From assembly GCF_026571515.1 (NCBI RefSeq), contig NW_026862663.1, positions 496,001 through 560,000 on the forward strand: a stretch of DNA of 64,000 nt, written 5' to 3'. The translations under genes and the position numbers were made by a program. The notes beneath the pieces were generated by a model, which was not told the origin of the DNA, made no database searches, and was given only the letters and a program-made list of their open reading frames with translations. Each line of letters begins with the position of its first letter. Positions within the stretch are counted from its first letter, which is position 1. This DNA comes from Ruditapes philippinarum (Eukaryota). Shown in pieces: positions 1 to 14,361 of the stretch.

Positions 1-166
1 ACTACTTCACATGAGAAGGTTGTGTAATGCACACACGTAAACAGCTGGAAAAAAACATCAAACTTAAAATTTTGTACTGTACTCGAATTTCACTTCACAA
101 TTCACTTGTCATTGAATAATTGAATGAAGAAAGATAAACGTTTGGGAAAGCTTGCGCATTTGTTGT

Positions 167-194
167 GGGCGGGGTGTAAGATAAATTGACCAAT
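167..194 (+). promoter_or_regulatory. Putative proximal promoter of the BMP3-like gene (GC box + CCAAT box)
   Basis: GGGCGGGG at 167-174 and CCAAT at 190-194, about 510-530 bp upstream of the ATG at 701. Motif match only; no transcript data. Confidence 0.45.
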
Positions 195-700
195 AAGGCG
201 AGCAGTGATAACAAGATATTCGTATGCGATTGAGAGACCGTTATTGAAGCTATGTGATTTACCGAAAGTGGATATATTTCCTAATTCTGAGAGATTATTT
301 GATATTCGTATTATGTTTTTTGATAAAAAGCGACTACAGGAATTTGTTGTTTAAAGTTATATTAGGATTTTTGTTTAGTGAAAAAAGTAAGTGTCTGTTC
401 ATTTCACTAATTTGTGTTGTATATGTGAAATTCAGACCGTTGGAATTAAAAAAGATAGGAGTTTTTTTCTTCATTGTTTTGCAAAACTTTGATTAAACTC
501 AAAATTTTTGCAAAATATTTTCTATTGGCATTTTTGCTTTCAACATATTGAATAGATTGTTACAGTTGAAAACAGTAGGGGCATAGTTTGATTTGAATAT
601 ACATGTATAGAGATACCTGATTTAAGGGTCAGTATGGTTTGAACGTCAAGGTGCTTCATAAAAAATCTACTGATTCCTCAATGAAAATTAAAGTATAAAA

Positions 701-983
701 ATGAAGCATTCTTCAAGAACATTGTTAGGATTTTATGTAGTATGTTTGATCATATGTGTACGGACGGACGAACAGAGTGACCTTGTAGTAAACAAGAATC
801 GAATGCATGATGTCGTTCAGTCAATGCTTGGCTTCAAAGGCAGTCCAAACATGCCTCACCCGGCACATATGGGAGAAGATGCCCCTAAATATATGTTGGA
901 TTTATACGAAAGATTCAAGAATGGTCCAATATCTAAAGGTCAGACTGAGGGAAATACAGTTCGAAGTATTAAAGCAAAAATAG
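701..983 (+). CDS. BMP3: BMP3/GDF10-class TGF-beta ligand, coding exon 1 (signal peptide + start of prodomain)
   Basis: ATG 701; hydrophobic N-terminus (LLGFYVVCLIICV); prodomain motifs PKYMLDLY and GNTVRS; donor ATAG|GTATGT after 983 (phase 1) matches the exon 2 acceptor. Confidence 0.93.
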
Positions 984-3900
984 GTATGTTTATGTTTATA
1001 AAATATATTAAACAAATAACATTTATAATTTATTGTTAGCGATATCTTAAACCTACTGTTTTAATTCAGTAAACACACCATTTCCAAAGACACTGGAATA
1101 TTGATAGTTGACTTGACATTTAGCTGAAAAGGGATTTGGAATAAATTAAAACCGTGTTTTTATTAACAATTTATTTATCCCGTAACAAACTGTTTTCCAA
1201 ATTTCCTTAATATTTCATCCATGTTTTATACGTTACAATGAACGACTGAATAATTTATGTCACAAACTGCTATAAAAACGTAAGCGAAATGCGTTAACCT
1301 AGAATTTTCAACATTGTTTCATACTTTATAAAACGACCAGGTGTGAATACAGATATAAGAAAATATTTTCATTTTATTGCATTATAATAGAACAGGACCA
1401 CGGGCGATATTCGTTGATTTCTTCTATTAATTAACATAATTGACACTAAGACGTTATTTTCACATGCATATACGAACATTCCCTGACCTCTAAAATACTG
1501 TCATAGTCTTAAATCTTAGTTTTAACTCCAACATAAAGCACTTGTGTTACAAGCACTCCTATCATAACCATTAATATTTCTTCAACAAGAAAATGTAAAG
1601 TTTGAGAGCCATAAAATTACAAAGTAAACACTATACATGGCGTATTTTTATGTTGGACGTCAATATTTATGGGTAAACTGGATATAAACAATAATCTTGA
1701 AATGTTAAATATACATCATTTCATGTATAGTACCAACATTTAAACAAACAGACGCCAGCACGTGTCCTGTCTGAACGCAAGGTTAATGTGTATTTCTCTT
1801 TCTTGCAATCAGAAATGAATTATCCCATGCCCTTTCAACATAGGCCACAATCTTAAAAGTTCGTCGGCGTCGGAATTATATATTCAAAAAACGGATAAAT
1901 ATCAGTCCTTTTAAGTGTTGATATTTATGGAAAAGGCAGTGCTGGAAATAGCATATAACCGACCTGTAAACGTTTGCAGTAGGAGATATTTTCATAATTA
2001 CATTAACTTATACTTATTTCATCTGTCAGTACAAATTTAAGACACATTCTGCTTTCATAATCTTGAATATGATGTATGTGTTTAATCATATCATTTTAAA
2101 ATTCTGTCTTAATGTAACTTATATTATTAAAAGTTCTGGTTCAAAAACATAACGTATGTTTGACACTTTTGGTATTAAACGCTCAAATATTTTCTAATGA
2201 TGAATGATTAAAAAACAGCGTTCACATCTAGTGGAAATGATTTTCATTTTGAACCACCAATTCATTTTTCATCAAAGCATTCCATAAAATTTGTTTTCTG
2301 TACGCATGGCCGATAATCCTTGTTAAAAGCTACAAAATACACTATTTCATTGACATTTTTTATGATACTTTTATGTTTTTCTCTAGTGTTTCATAAAATA
2401 TTGTAAATCTGTTATACTATGGTAAAACGTGCTTTAAAATAAAACGAATTACTCGTTGTACACAAATATTTATATTCGAGCTTTTTTATGCTTCCATCTT
2501 AAGTATGTAACATAAATCATTGTTTATTTCAGCCGTTGATAAATGTAACATTATTCATGATTTCTAGGTATGCTTATTCAATCACATTTATATTCATTTG
2601 TCAAGTTAGCTTTAAAACATTACACGTGGCTATAAACGCTTGTAACTAAATGCTTATATAGATCACAATTTATCAGCAATGTTAATTTATATCACCAATA
2701 ATTGTTTAGGTTAATACCTAATGTTAATTTATAGTGATAAATTACCTTATAAATTGCTGAATAATTAAAATACAAAATACTTGAGTTACACCCTGTAACA
2801 GATGGAAAGAATAAAAACACGATTTACAATAAATGAAACCAGTCTACGAAACGTTTCTTCTGCACTTTTTAAAGTTTGAAGTGACACAGCATTGTTACCA
2901 ATATTACATTTTTCCATTGAAATTAAAACATATCTTTTCCCTATCTTTGATAGATTCAAGATCCGATTTACAATATAATTCTTTAATTTCTGTTTTATTT
3001 AAAATTTACTATATTCCCCGAGGAGCGGTAATTCAATATTTTACTATAGCTCTTGTTAATCGCTTGGTATTGTATTTCTAACACTCAAGTTCAACCTTTT
3101 CACGATCAGAAAAGGCTATCATATTGTCGATTTGTTTTGTTTTCTTCCATAATTTATCAGTCAGTATATCTCTAAGCTCTGCAAGGGACCTTTCTGACAA
3201 TGTTTTTGTCCTTAAACCGTTGATTTTTCAAAGGTTGAAAGGTGTCACTCACGTTTAGCGCTGTCGTCTGCTTTTCAAAAAATCTCGTCTGCCTTTTTTG
3301 TCGATTTAAGGGGCGGTTTTTCTGTAACCTGAAACTACGTCTTGCAGCTGCAAGGTGAAAATGCCCCATTTTCTTTACAAACGACAATGCAATAAATGAG
3401 AATTCAATGAAACAAAACATTGCTAGAAGCACATTGGAACTATATAAATATGAAATAAAACCTGTCAGTGGTGGTCAGATAAAAGTGTTTTTGAAAAATG
3501 ATCAGTAAACTTTATTAATTTCCCGAGGCTTCCTAAGAAATTGAATACAACGTAAAATAGAATTTTTGTCCAATTAAGGGACTTCAAAAATATCATGTAC
3601 TTTATTGCTCCTTTTCCCCTGATCATACCTGACGGACCATCAACTAAAATGTTCTGTTGCTTATTGTTTAACATTTTGTAGACTCGATTTGCAACTCACG
3701 ACGAAGCCAAAAATGTCTTTTCTATCAGATCTTCTAAAAATTTCATAAGAAACCACTTATGAAATCATTTGCTATTTATCAACCATCTTGACATGCCCTT
3801 TTCTTAGCAATTGGTTTATGACAATTGATGTTCAAATGTGTATAATATTGCATAGAAGTGCTTGAATAGCCTCACAGCCAGTTAGATAACATCAGAGTTT

Positions 3901-4440
3901 GTACAAATGTTTCATCACATTGTAGTAATGGGATAAAAACTACATCTCTAGTCTGAACTTGGCCTGGTATTTCTGATAGGCAAATATATTATTAATATAT
4001 TGGTATAAATTCATACTGTGACTGCAATGTTCATTAAAGTTTTAATAGTTTTACGAAAATGTACATAATAATTCAGACAATATTAACGGCTTAACATGAA
4101 AGTAACTTCTGGATAAACTGCCACTTTCCACCATATGGAGGGAAATACAAAGTGTTAATAAAAATGTTGTAAACAAAAAAAACATCACATTGGTTTTGGT
4201 ATACCACATTTTTAACACAATCATATTACACACAGAAGTCACTTTTTTGGAAGAAGACTATTGACACAAGACTTGTTTTTAGAAATACATGTGTTACTAG
4301 ATAGAAGGAGGGTCTCGTATCTTTATTTAAATCGGCTACAGAATTTTTAGAAAGTGTTCATAAAACGGACAATGACATTTTAGTCACTTATCATCCGAAA
4401 CTTGCTCGACATTTATATCGCTAAAATGAAGAGTTTAAAT

Positions 4441-4676
4441 GAGCCGTGTCACGACAAAACCAACATAATGGGTTTGCGACCAGCATGGATCCAGACCAGC
4501 CTGCGCATCCGCGCTGTCTGATCAGGATCCATCCTGTTCGCTATCAGTTTCTCTACTTGTAATAGAGTTGGAAAAGCGAACAGCATGGATCCTGATCAGA
4601 CTGCGCGGATGCGCAGGCTGGTCTGGATCCATGCTGGTCGCAAACCCATTATGTTGGTTTTGTCGTGACGCGGCTC
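4441..4676. mobile_element. Near-perfect palindromic MITE (possibly Sola-type), intron 1
   Basis: About 102-bp inverted arms (4441-4542 / 4575-4676) with 3 mismatches; termini GAG...CTC; AAAT directly on both sides (4-bp TSD). Confidence 0.88.
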
Positions 4677-7600
4677 AAATATCTTGTGGTAATGTTTGCA
4701 AAGACAAACTACAATGTTTACATGATAAAATAGTGTCCGCACTAAAGTCAATGTCTATGTCCAGTTTAATATTGCTGAATAGGTTATCTAACACTGTCCC
4801 TATATCTTTAATATCACATACATTACGCGCCAATATGGCACCGTGTTCGTCTGCTAATCGGACTTGACCTTCACTTCAACCAAACACGATACGCGTTCTT
4901 TCATACTTTGAGAAAATTTATTTTAAGTTCCAGATAAAGTATTGCATCTCTATTTTTTCTAAATATACTATATTTGCAAGGTTGAATGCATTATTAAATA
5001 TAATTTCATTATCATATTATTATTTTACACCATAACTGCTCAATTACAATTGAAATATTTTGTCATTTGAAGGAGTAATCTTCCGTTAAAATGTGACAAC
5101 ATCCTCCTTTTTATGCACGCAATAAATATTACACCTGTTTCTAATTAGGAATGAAATGTGTGTATCAGTAGGCATAATTAAGCATTTTCATCATGCAGTT
5201 TAATTTCGCTGACAAACAATATGAACGAAACGGTCACTACTGTGTAAAAAAACAACAACAGGTGTTTAACGTAAGATACCTCCCCACATGATTATACAAT
5301 TTTCTTAAGCGGAGAGTTTAGGAAATAACAAGTTTTCTTAATGAAAATGAGCGTGTGCAGATTAGCATGCTACAAGTATAAAACATCATAAATCACTTCA
5401 CAAACATGAGAAATAATAAGAAATATAATTTATAGCTGTATACACTACTATAATTATAGCTGCTTGTTGTTTCAACAACACCTGGACACAAAGTTAGAAT
5501 TTGTTTGTTTTAAACACTGTATCATAATGGCCATGAGAGAAAACTTTAGTTGATTAAAAAGTAATAAATAAATGACTATATAAAAGCTAAAAAGCAATAA
5601 GCAATAAAGAAACCTATTGTTGTTCAATTAAATTTAACTAACTATTCCTCATGGTGTTCATTTTAGTTATAGTCTCGGACACCTGTGTTGTTTTTCCTGT
5701 ATATTTAGAAGCTATCGTACAATAAAATTTTATGGTCAATCAAGTTAATTTGAAACAGTTAATGTTTGGTATTCAACAGATTCCAGTATCGACACATTTC
5801 AGATTCGTGAGAAATGCAATGTCATGGTGTTTGGAAAGTAGTTCTCCATATCCTAACAGTTCGTTGTTGGAATATGAAAAAAAAGTAGTTGAAGAAGAAA
5901 AAAACGTAATACTATTTTGAAACTGGAACCTTTACATTAGTGTTTTGATACGGCGCACCTGGTCAGATGAGGCCAATAAATAAGTTGTGATTGATGTGTA
6001 CTGTCTAGCTTCTCTAACCGGCCTGGCAGGTGGCTGCTACTTAAGTTGCTATTGAACAGATCAAAACATAAGTATGAGTACTTCAAAAAATACCATGGAT
6101 ATAGCACTCTTTGTGATATAAAACGTTGTCTTGTACATATTGCAAATTTAATAAATTCAGTCAAAAAAGCAAACTTTTCTATATCTGAAAAGGAAGTGAA
6201 TATAGTATACAACGTGACTCACAAATGTTATGACTATAATTTAAAGGTGACATCACATTTCTTAGTACATTAATTCGTGACCTTAACACGCGTAGACAAA
6301 CAATAAAAGAGTCACAGTAACTTAGGTTGTAAAACTCATCTTCAATCATGCCTCGGTCACACACTTGGTGTTTTATTTCAATATTAAACAATGGGGCGAA
6401 ATGGTAGGCTAGAATCTTAAAGTTCAAGACTGTTAAAGTTCCCATTAAAACATAATGTTTGGTTGCCATGTTCCGTGTCGGTGGGAGTAAAACGAGTGTA
6501 AATCCTATCCAGATGGTCATATAACTGTAAACATAAATGTCGGAATGATTTAATTAACCTTTTCTATAATTTATTTCAATCTATCTTAATTGTTTTGTTT
6601 AGTAACAAAACAGTGAGAACTAATCAAAGTTTCTGTAAATTATTTGAAAGTTCCTATAAATGCTTCACTCTATTTTATCTCTAGAATGTGATGGTGAAAG
6701 TTGAATTTCTTTTAAAGTTATAACCGGCCACACAATTATATATTCATTAAACAAACAAATGTTTGTTTTTCTTTAAAAGAATATGCATATGAAACATAAT
6801 TTATAGTATCTGAAAGGTCCAAACCATTAAATAAAGCTGATTTAGTGCATTTCAAATACCAAATTGTGCAAGCATTTTCATCAATTATATTAGCAAACCA
6901 AGTGCCTTGTTTCTTTGAAATGACTATAAGAAATCAATGACTGAATTATATTTCTTTTCATTGTGAATGTGAAAAATTAATGTTCTTTTATCATTTATCA
7001 AGAGCTATGGCATTTTCCCACGTACATAACGGTTCATTCATAACCAGTTTACACTCCAGAAAACAACCGAGAAAACAGTGTATTGTTAGGATATATATAT
7101 CAAGCCTCTTTGATATGTTGGACTTTCTTCCGAACTTTATCAAAACAAGTTTACAAAACACACATCAGTGTTTACGTTGAACATTTACATTAAAGCATGA
7201 TTTTCGGAGAATGTTCTTTGATTTAATTGAGTGCTATTCTTTTCAACAATCGCATCAATCACGTATTTCTCGACAACAAAGAAGCGGTGGTAAGTTAGAA
7301 GTCAAGAATGAATTAATTACACTAGTCTTAAAAGGTTTAGGATAGGTAACAACATAATGTATTATGGGATTGATCACTTGAAATCCTTCATGCCATTTAT
7401 ACGTAATTAATCTGATTGAGTCTGGAAAGATCCTGAATATGTTAATTTTTCTATTTGTGTGAAACGGAAAGAGCAAATATAATGACATTTTGTAAATGCA
7501 CAGAAATTATAGCTGGATCAGGTATAGTTGGCATCTTCATAAAAAATTTGGCACAAAAAGAACCACACACACACTCACACACAAACAAGTTAATTTCTCA

Positions 7601-10600
7601 AAGTTCTTATTTGTCTTTGAATTTTGCCGTCTCGTGATATCGTATGTAAGTACTTGAAGTGATCATGCAAGAACATTGCATTTAAAGTATGCAGAAAGAT
7701 GTTAAAGATTAAGATAAATGAGTATGAAGAGGTGAACATTGTTTGATTAGGGGTTGATAATCATGCTATCATGGTTCGCGTGTCGCCCGCTTCCTGGCCG
7801 CTATTAGCGCCATTTGTATTGCTTTGTTTAACGCCAAGATTTAATGGGATTAAGCTTTTACGTTAATGCATATCCGACATAAGGACACAAGAGCGACCAG
7901 CTTGACGAGGATTGTAAAGACGACTTAATGAAAAACGATCACAACCAAACGCAATATAAACATTCCTGTTTTTTTTCTTCTTAAACACAGTCAAGGGTTC
8001 TCGTAAAGAAACTATAAACAGCTAGTTGTTAAGGGTGTTGGGAGAAATGAATGAGATTATTTTGTGATAAATTTTACTGTAGTAGGTCACTTAATTATTT
8101 AGGTCATCTTAAGAATTTATTGATATATATTTCGTAAACAAAGGAAACTAAGAATGTGTTGGTATGTTCCTCATAGAATACATGCGCTATATTTTACTAT
8201 TACCCATTAAATTAATATTATTTTCTATAGTTTACATGCGTTTTTCTTTTTCACAATAGTGCAAACAACACAAAAAGTTACATTATGTTTTTATCCTGTA
8301 CGGTTATTTTACTATAATAGAACCTCTGATACATATTTCACTTTCAATGTTAGGAATCGGGCAAGAACTATAACTTCATTTCAAAAAGCTCACGACATAA
8401 TTCATTTATCTTAATATCTTAAGACTTAAGAGTTGTACAATCCGTGTTCATAGCAACCAAATTTCAATGACACCACATTTTTACATATCTATAAAACGTA
8501 CAAAAGTTGTTTGGTATTGTAAGCGCAGATGTTTTCCTGTAACTAAAGTAAGTGAAAGGCCACAACATGTGTACAGAGACCAGGACAAGTAAATTCTATG
8601 TCCAAATCTTGCTCAACATACCTCAAACATACAGTTTCTGTCTATTTCTATACTAATTATACAGTTATCAACCATTTCATTTATGTCATCAGATAAAATT
8701 GCTACTGAAAACAACCTCAGATCATTAATGGACAAATAAACATATATATTAGGGACGATAAAAAACACTATTTACTTTATCTGTTTAATCAGGGATAGAG
8801 GCTACATCTGGTTATAATTTACCACAGCTAAGCGTTGACAAGTGATTTGACCATATTCTTAACGGCGTTGACAGAATCTTGAATTTCTTGATTTTATCTG
8901 ACAAGGTTTAAAATGGTATCAAATCATATCAGTTTAATAACAGTGCTTGTAATTCTTCTATGTCATTAATGATGATGTTATCAAACGTTCTAATGACAAA
9001 AATAAATGTCATTTTTACTAGTGATTAATTCATGATAAATCACCCGGATGTCAACATGTATTTAATGAACGCCTTAAGTAAAAAATATATTTTGCTAAAA
9101 TGATTTCATATTTTGGAATGTAGCCCTTATTGTTGTACTTGTAAACATTCTAAAGTGAAATGTTGTTGTTTTTGCTGTCATACTCCGTAGTAATGGGTAT
9201 TCATTGAAACGTTTCTTTTTAGTTCAATCTTTGATGCACATAAGGAGCCATTTTCGTTCTTCATTTATAGAATAATTGACTTCTATTTAAAATATTTTAA
9301 GTTGTAAAATTAACGTGCTCGGTTGCAATCATATGATTTGATTTTGTGGTATGTAAGCCGCTTAATAGCACGACAATTTAATGATATACTTCTCATTGCT
9401 CTATTGTCCTCATGCATTATTTTAAATTCTATGTTTGTTTAAATGAAATATGGACAAGGGGAAAAAGAACATCTGAAATGGAACTTGACATTCGGCCTTC
9501 AATTACGAATTAACAAACCTGCATAATTTATAAATATCCGGGACCCGCAGAATTACCCTTCTTGCTGATTTTGGAAATTGGTAATTTTGATTAACGGGAA
9601 CCTTAAATTACTTAAATCATTCGCTAGTGTCAATTGTTTTAAGATTGCATTGCTTTGACATATTTTTTGGAGTGAATACATCCCGATTATATGCTATTTT
9701 CATTTCACTATAAAACATACATATGTATTATCTGACCTGTCCTATAGCTAAAGTGAAATATTTATTTGATAATAACAAAACATCATCGCTTAAGCAAGAT
9801 CTTTTCTATGTTATGTTATACTTGAAGACCACACTGAAAGAAAACGCTTTCAAAGTTTATTCTCAGTTGAAAACTTACAGCATAGGGCGTCGCTCGGACC
9901 CGTTCTTTTCGCAGTTAATTTTACGTTTACTTTCAGTTGTAAGCCCGATCTTTAAAATTGGATTAAAGGCATGATATCGCCGACTTATCTACATTTCTGT
10001 TTACTAAACAAACACACATGGGGGATAGACTGAGATTTAATAACAACGATTTGATAATTATCTTAACGGGGTCAATAGAATGTAAACTAATTATTCCTAC
10101 ATAGACAGTGTGTCGGAGTCTACTGGAACAGATTATAGTAAGATTAATGGAAGCAAAAATCAAAGAAATACAACCCAAATTAAATATTAATAAAAAATAA
10201 AAACCAAATTCCTACGGATAATATCAAAAAAACGTTTAAGGCAATGTAAATTTTGTATATCATCATTCATTGAGAGTAAAATTAATGAATTATTGTTTAC
10301 AAGTTGCTTAATTAATCATAGTTACAACAACAGTCAAATAAAGCTTCGATGAATTTGATAAAATCAATTACAGCTAAACAAAACGTAAATGCTGTCAAAC
10401 GTTTGTCTCGAAATAAAGAAAAAAGTCTTCTTATATTTGTTTTTATGTTACAATTCTTTTACTTTACATTTACTTCCGTGTAATTTGAATTTCACGATTT
10501 CCAGTATTAATGACAAGTTCAGTTAAGTGGCTTTAATTGGAGAGAAAAACACGTATATTTATATTTGATGGTAAACGATTAAGACATCTGTTTCAAGCTA

Positions 10601-11004
10601 TACACATTCAATTTACTTAATTGATGAAGCGAACGTGGTTTCTTTTCTGACTTTTATAATCAAAAAACCTGTAAACATAATAATTCAACATTAAAACAGT
10701 GTTATATGTGGCAAAGGGTCGCCAGTAGTTTTAACGTAAATAAAACACGTATATTTGTACTATTTATAGAAATATCAGATGGTAAACTATTTCGGCCTCA
10801 TGTGACCCAATCCTTCTCATTGTATTCTTTATATACAACATTGTATTCTTTATATACAACATGGCTTGAAAATGCATTTTCAGTATTCACTAATGAAAGT
10901 AACTGCCGTTAAAAATATATCTACTTATAACCATTTGGGCGATACTAAGCAGTTATTATAATAAATGACACTAATGAACATTATTTAATGTAGTAAAGAA
11001 GTTA

Positions 11005-11126
11005 AAGCCGGTGCTAAGGGGCGTGGACGGTATCTTGCACTTTTCAGTACCGTCCATAAACAGGCTCAATCAAACCGAGCCTTCAACATTTTCAATTTTG
11101 TCGTTTTGGGCGTTCTTTAGGAATTC
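11005..11126 (+). repeat. Dispersed ~120-bp double-hairpin repeat, copy A (BMP3 intron 1)
   Basis: AAGCCGGTGCTAAGGGGCGTGGACGGTA...CAGGCTCAATCAAACCGAGCCTTC, shared with 17319-17439 and in reverse orientation with 26102-26199 and 26474-26577. Confidence 0.85.
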
Positions 11127-13416
11127 CGTTTCTCTCTGTTTTTGAATGTACATGTGTATATTTTAATTCAATTTACACATAATTTACACAAATGCATTAT
11201 CTATATTAAACTAACTGACTGAAGTATGCTATATAGTGGACGTACAAACAAACGCAGGGGTTTATTACTATCTGACAGCCCTTGACCATCCAATAAACCA
11301 GGTCATGTCTCTTCAATGCAAATATACCACTTCAAATAGTGAGAAATTATCATAATTTTGAAGTGAATTTATGGCACTTTTGTCTCGCAGACGAGCGGAC
11401 GTTTTTATGTTATGCAACCAAAGTCATCATAATTGGCCAAATATTGTCAACAGGTAACTGGTATTGAAGGTAATTTGGCATAAAAGTGGCATTTAGGGTG
11501 TCATAAATAGAATAACAGACTTAGTGATTTCTATATAACCAACTTGTAAAACTGTCATCACCAGGGCAAATTAGCTTATTATATTGTTAAACACACAGAA
11601 ATATAAATTTAATCACCAAACTATGTAAGGTAAAATTACTGAGATAAATTTCCTACAAAATTCGACCATATTTTTCATATTAGATTAACATTAAATTATC
11701 TCAGGAAACATTTCGTTGCATCTTTATCATTAGTAAATTCGTATTACCAGTCCCCGCCTTGGATGTATCAACTATATGTATTTACTGCCAACAGTTTCTT
11801 TTTCAAAGGCATATTACCAGATTTCTGTCACTTTTTAACCTACTCTATTATAATGTTATGTTTTTTTCAGTGTAATATCAAATCTAGTAAAGCTCGACAC
11901 ACACAGAGCGTTGCGTCATAGTTTTGTTTTATTAAATATTCTAATTTGTAACCATATGTCACTTAAATTTTTCGAATGTTTTAGCCCATTGATAAAATTA
12001 TTTTTGAACTTATTATCAGTGTAGTTGAAATGATAAAAGGAGACTTCTACCAGCTTTTTACCGCCTCACCATGACTGGCTGGTCGTATATGTAAAATATT
12101 TTATCACTGAATAGCAAAAAATAAACTGACATTAATATGTCGCTAATTGGGGCGTCTAAACAGATTCCCACTATTTTCAAACGTAATCTGGCGCCCTATA
12201 AAGCATGTAAATTGCCCCTCTATCCCATTTACAAGACATGAGAATAATTAGAGGAAATAATTACAGGGAATAGATTATACATTTGTATAACCCTTGTAAT
12301 ATAAATATCTTGGACAACTAAAATGACATTTATAAATGTTTTACCTGCTCTCCCAGCAATTCAAATACAATTACAGCGATGAAAGAAATATGATTTAAAT
12401 TTGAATGAAGTAAACCCTAATTAATTGTGGTAATACTCACACTTAAACATTCTATTTGGGAAAATAGAAAATTTCTTAATAGAAACCTATACAATTGTAA
12501 ACCAATCTAATTTACGCAGATATGAATAGTTAATTTTACATTTAGACATTCCATTTTATACAACCGTTAATTAATCGAAATGCCTACGTTCCGGACCATT
12601 CCGTAATTAAACACAAACTTAATTATTCAAATTATATACAATATAATAACTTGGTTCAAGTAAAATTCCAAGTGCTCTTTTCTTCCGCAACTTTTGTTAT
12701 GTATCGCCAATGTTTGAAATGTTTGCTGTAAATCGATCAAATCCCCAATACCTATTACTAAAACATGTGCTCATAGTGTATTGTAAGTTTCACCGAAAAT
12801 TAAAATCTTTTCATTTTAGCAAATCACACAGGTTCAACCTTTTGTAAATTCATACCTCACTTGGCTAGTGTTTTGTATAATCCAGAGGCCACTGGCAAAT
12901 TTCAAAAGAGAACTCATCTTCTATCAATAAGTTTTCTCGTTAAATATGAATGCTCCTTTGAGTTCATTCAATAAGCACTTATTTGTGTTACATTTATTCT
13001 CAAAACATTTCATTTTGTCACAGTATTCTTGTAATAAACCGAGGATGTTATTAAAATCTCTTAGCGGGGTCTCTTTCTTTCAAAGAAATCGATTTATAGC
13101 GAGTGCGTCCCTTTTTATTAGTAAAAAAGTCTACCATTCAAATCAAATCAATTCGTTTCTTAACCAGATTTTAAATGCCCCTAATGCGTAACAAATTGAG
13201 TATTTAAATTTTGCACGGAGAAAGAATTTTGGTGAATTATAAGCATACATTTAGTTGCGTCGACACGTTTAAAGTCGAATGTTTCAATATTCATTCACAA
13301 CTTTTAACAATATACGTTTTCATAACCTACAAATTGTTCAACTAAAAGACACTTGAAAGTAATTTGATAAAAACAATCCCGAGACAAAAGCAACGGTTAA
13401 ATATAATAACATACAA

Positions 13417-13505
13417 TGAACCAACCAAACTTCATTAATAACCTAAAATGAACCTACCAAACTTTATTTAAACCTAAAATGAACCCTGCCAAATTTCATT
13501 TAAAT
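13417..13505. repeat. Short tandem repeat, ~3 copies of a ~31-32 bp unit
   Basis: AATGAACC..CCAAACTT(C/T)ATT..AACCTAA repeated three times with divergence. Confidence 0.6.
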
Positions 13506-14361
13506 CATAACACATTCCATATTATATTAATTCTGATTAACTTTGATGAAACTAGTACCTAAAAAACAAAACAGATGTTTATTAAATGCAATTTGGATTC
13601 TCAGCGTAACATACTGCTATGAAATATGTACTAATAAAAGAGGCATTGTATCCATTTCTTGGATATATATTTATTAAGCCGTCTGTCGGTTATCCCAAGT
13701 TTGACATGGTATCAGATACGGAGTGCCATTGCCGTCTTTGAGACCAAACGTACAATATTTCAGTACATAAATAACGTATTGAAGTTTCCAATTAACTTTC
13801 AATTTAGTAGAATGTTATCTTTACACCCTGTCTTACTCGTCAAACTCTGCAGATAGCCGGCTTTTGAACTTGAACAGTCGTTTCATTAAGAGAATGGGCT
13901 CTACTTTAATACTCTGTCATTAAAACGATGTTAAATACATAAAAACTACATTCGTAAAACCCTTCAGGTTGCTATGATGATAAAAGGATTAAAAGATTAA
14001 AGGATTAAGAAAATAAATACTGCGGAGTCGACCCTGTTGAATGTTGAGAATTTGGTTGTCGTCTTTACTGAAATATAAAATAAATATATGAACTATTTTC
14101 CAAGGTCATTTTATTATAAAACGAGTAATAAAGCGTCTTGTTTGATGTTTTAGTTTAATTCTTAGGATTCCTTTCTCCTACACTTTTAATGTCTATATTA
14201 AAATATGATTCATTTATTGCTCCACATCAGTATATTCCAGCTAATGTCGAAGTTCAAAAAAAATAATTGTAAAAACTTTTTTCAAGTAATAACAAAAGTG
14301 TAGTTTTTTGTTGTAATTTTTTTTAAATGATGATGTTATAATGTGTCCTTTTCTGTTGCAG

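Noticed and set aside
254-496. 80-aa ORF upstream of BMP3 and the other short AT-rich ORFs in the track
   Set aside because: Low-complexity F/I/L/K composition, many with non-ATG starts, no motifs: chance ORFs.
4568-4867. 99-aa ORF MEKRTAWILIRLRGCAGWSGSMLV...
   Set aside because: Reads through the right arm of the palindromic MITE; non-ATG start; no domain.
11005-11092. Twister ribozyme or H/ACA snoRNA reading of the double-hairpin repeat
   Set aside because: GCCGGTGCTAAG lacks the closing P4 and pseudoknot partners; there is no ANANNA hinge and the hairpins are too short despite a terminal ACA/ATA.
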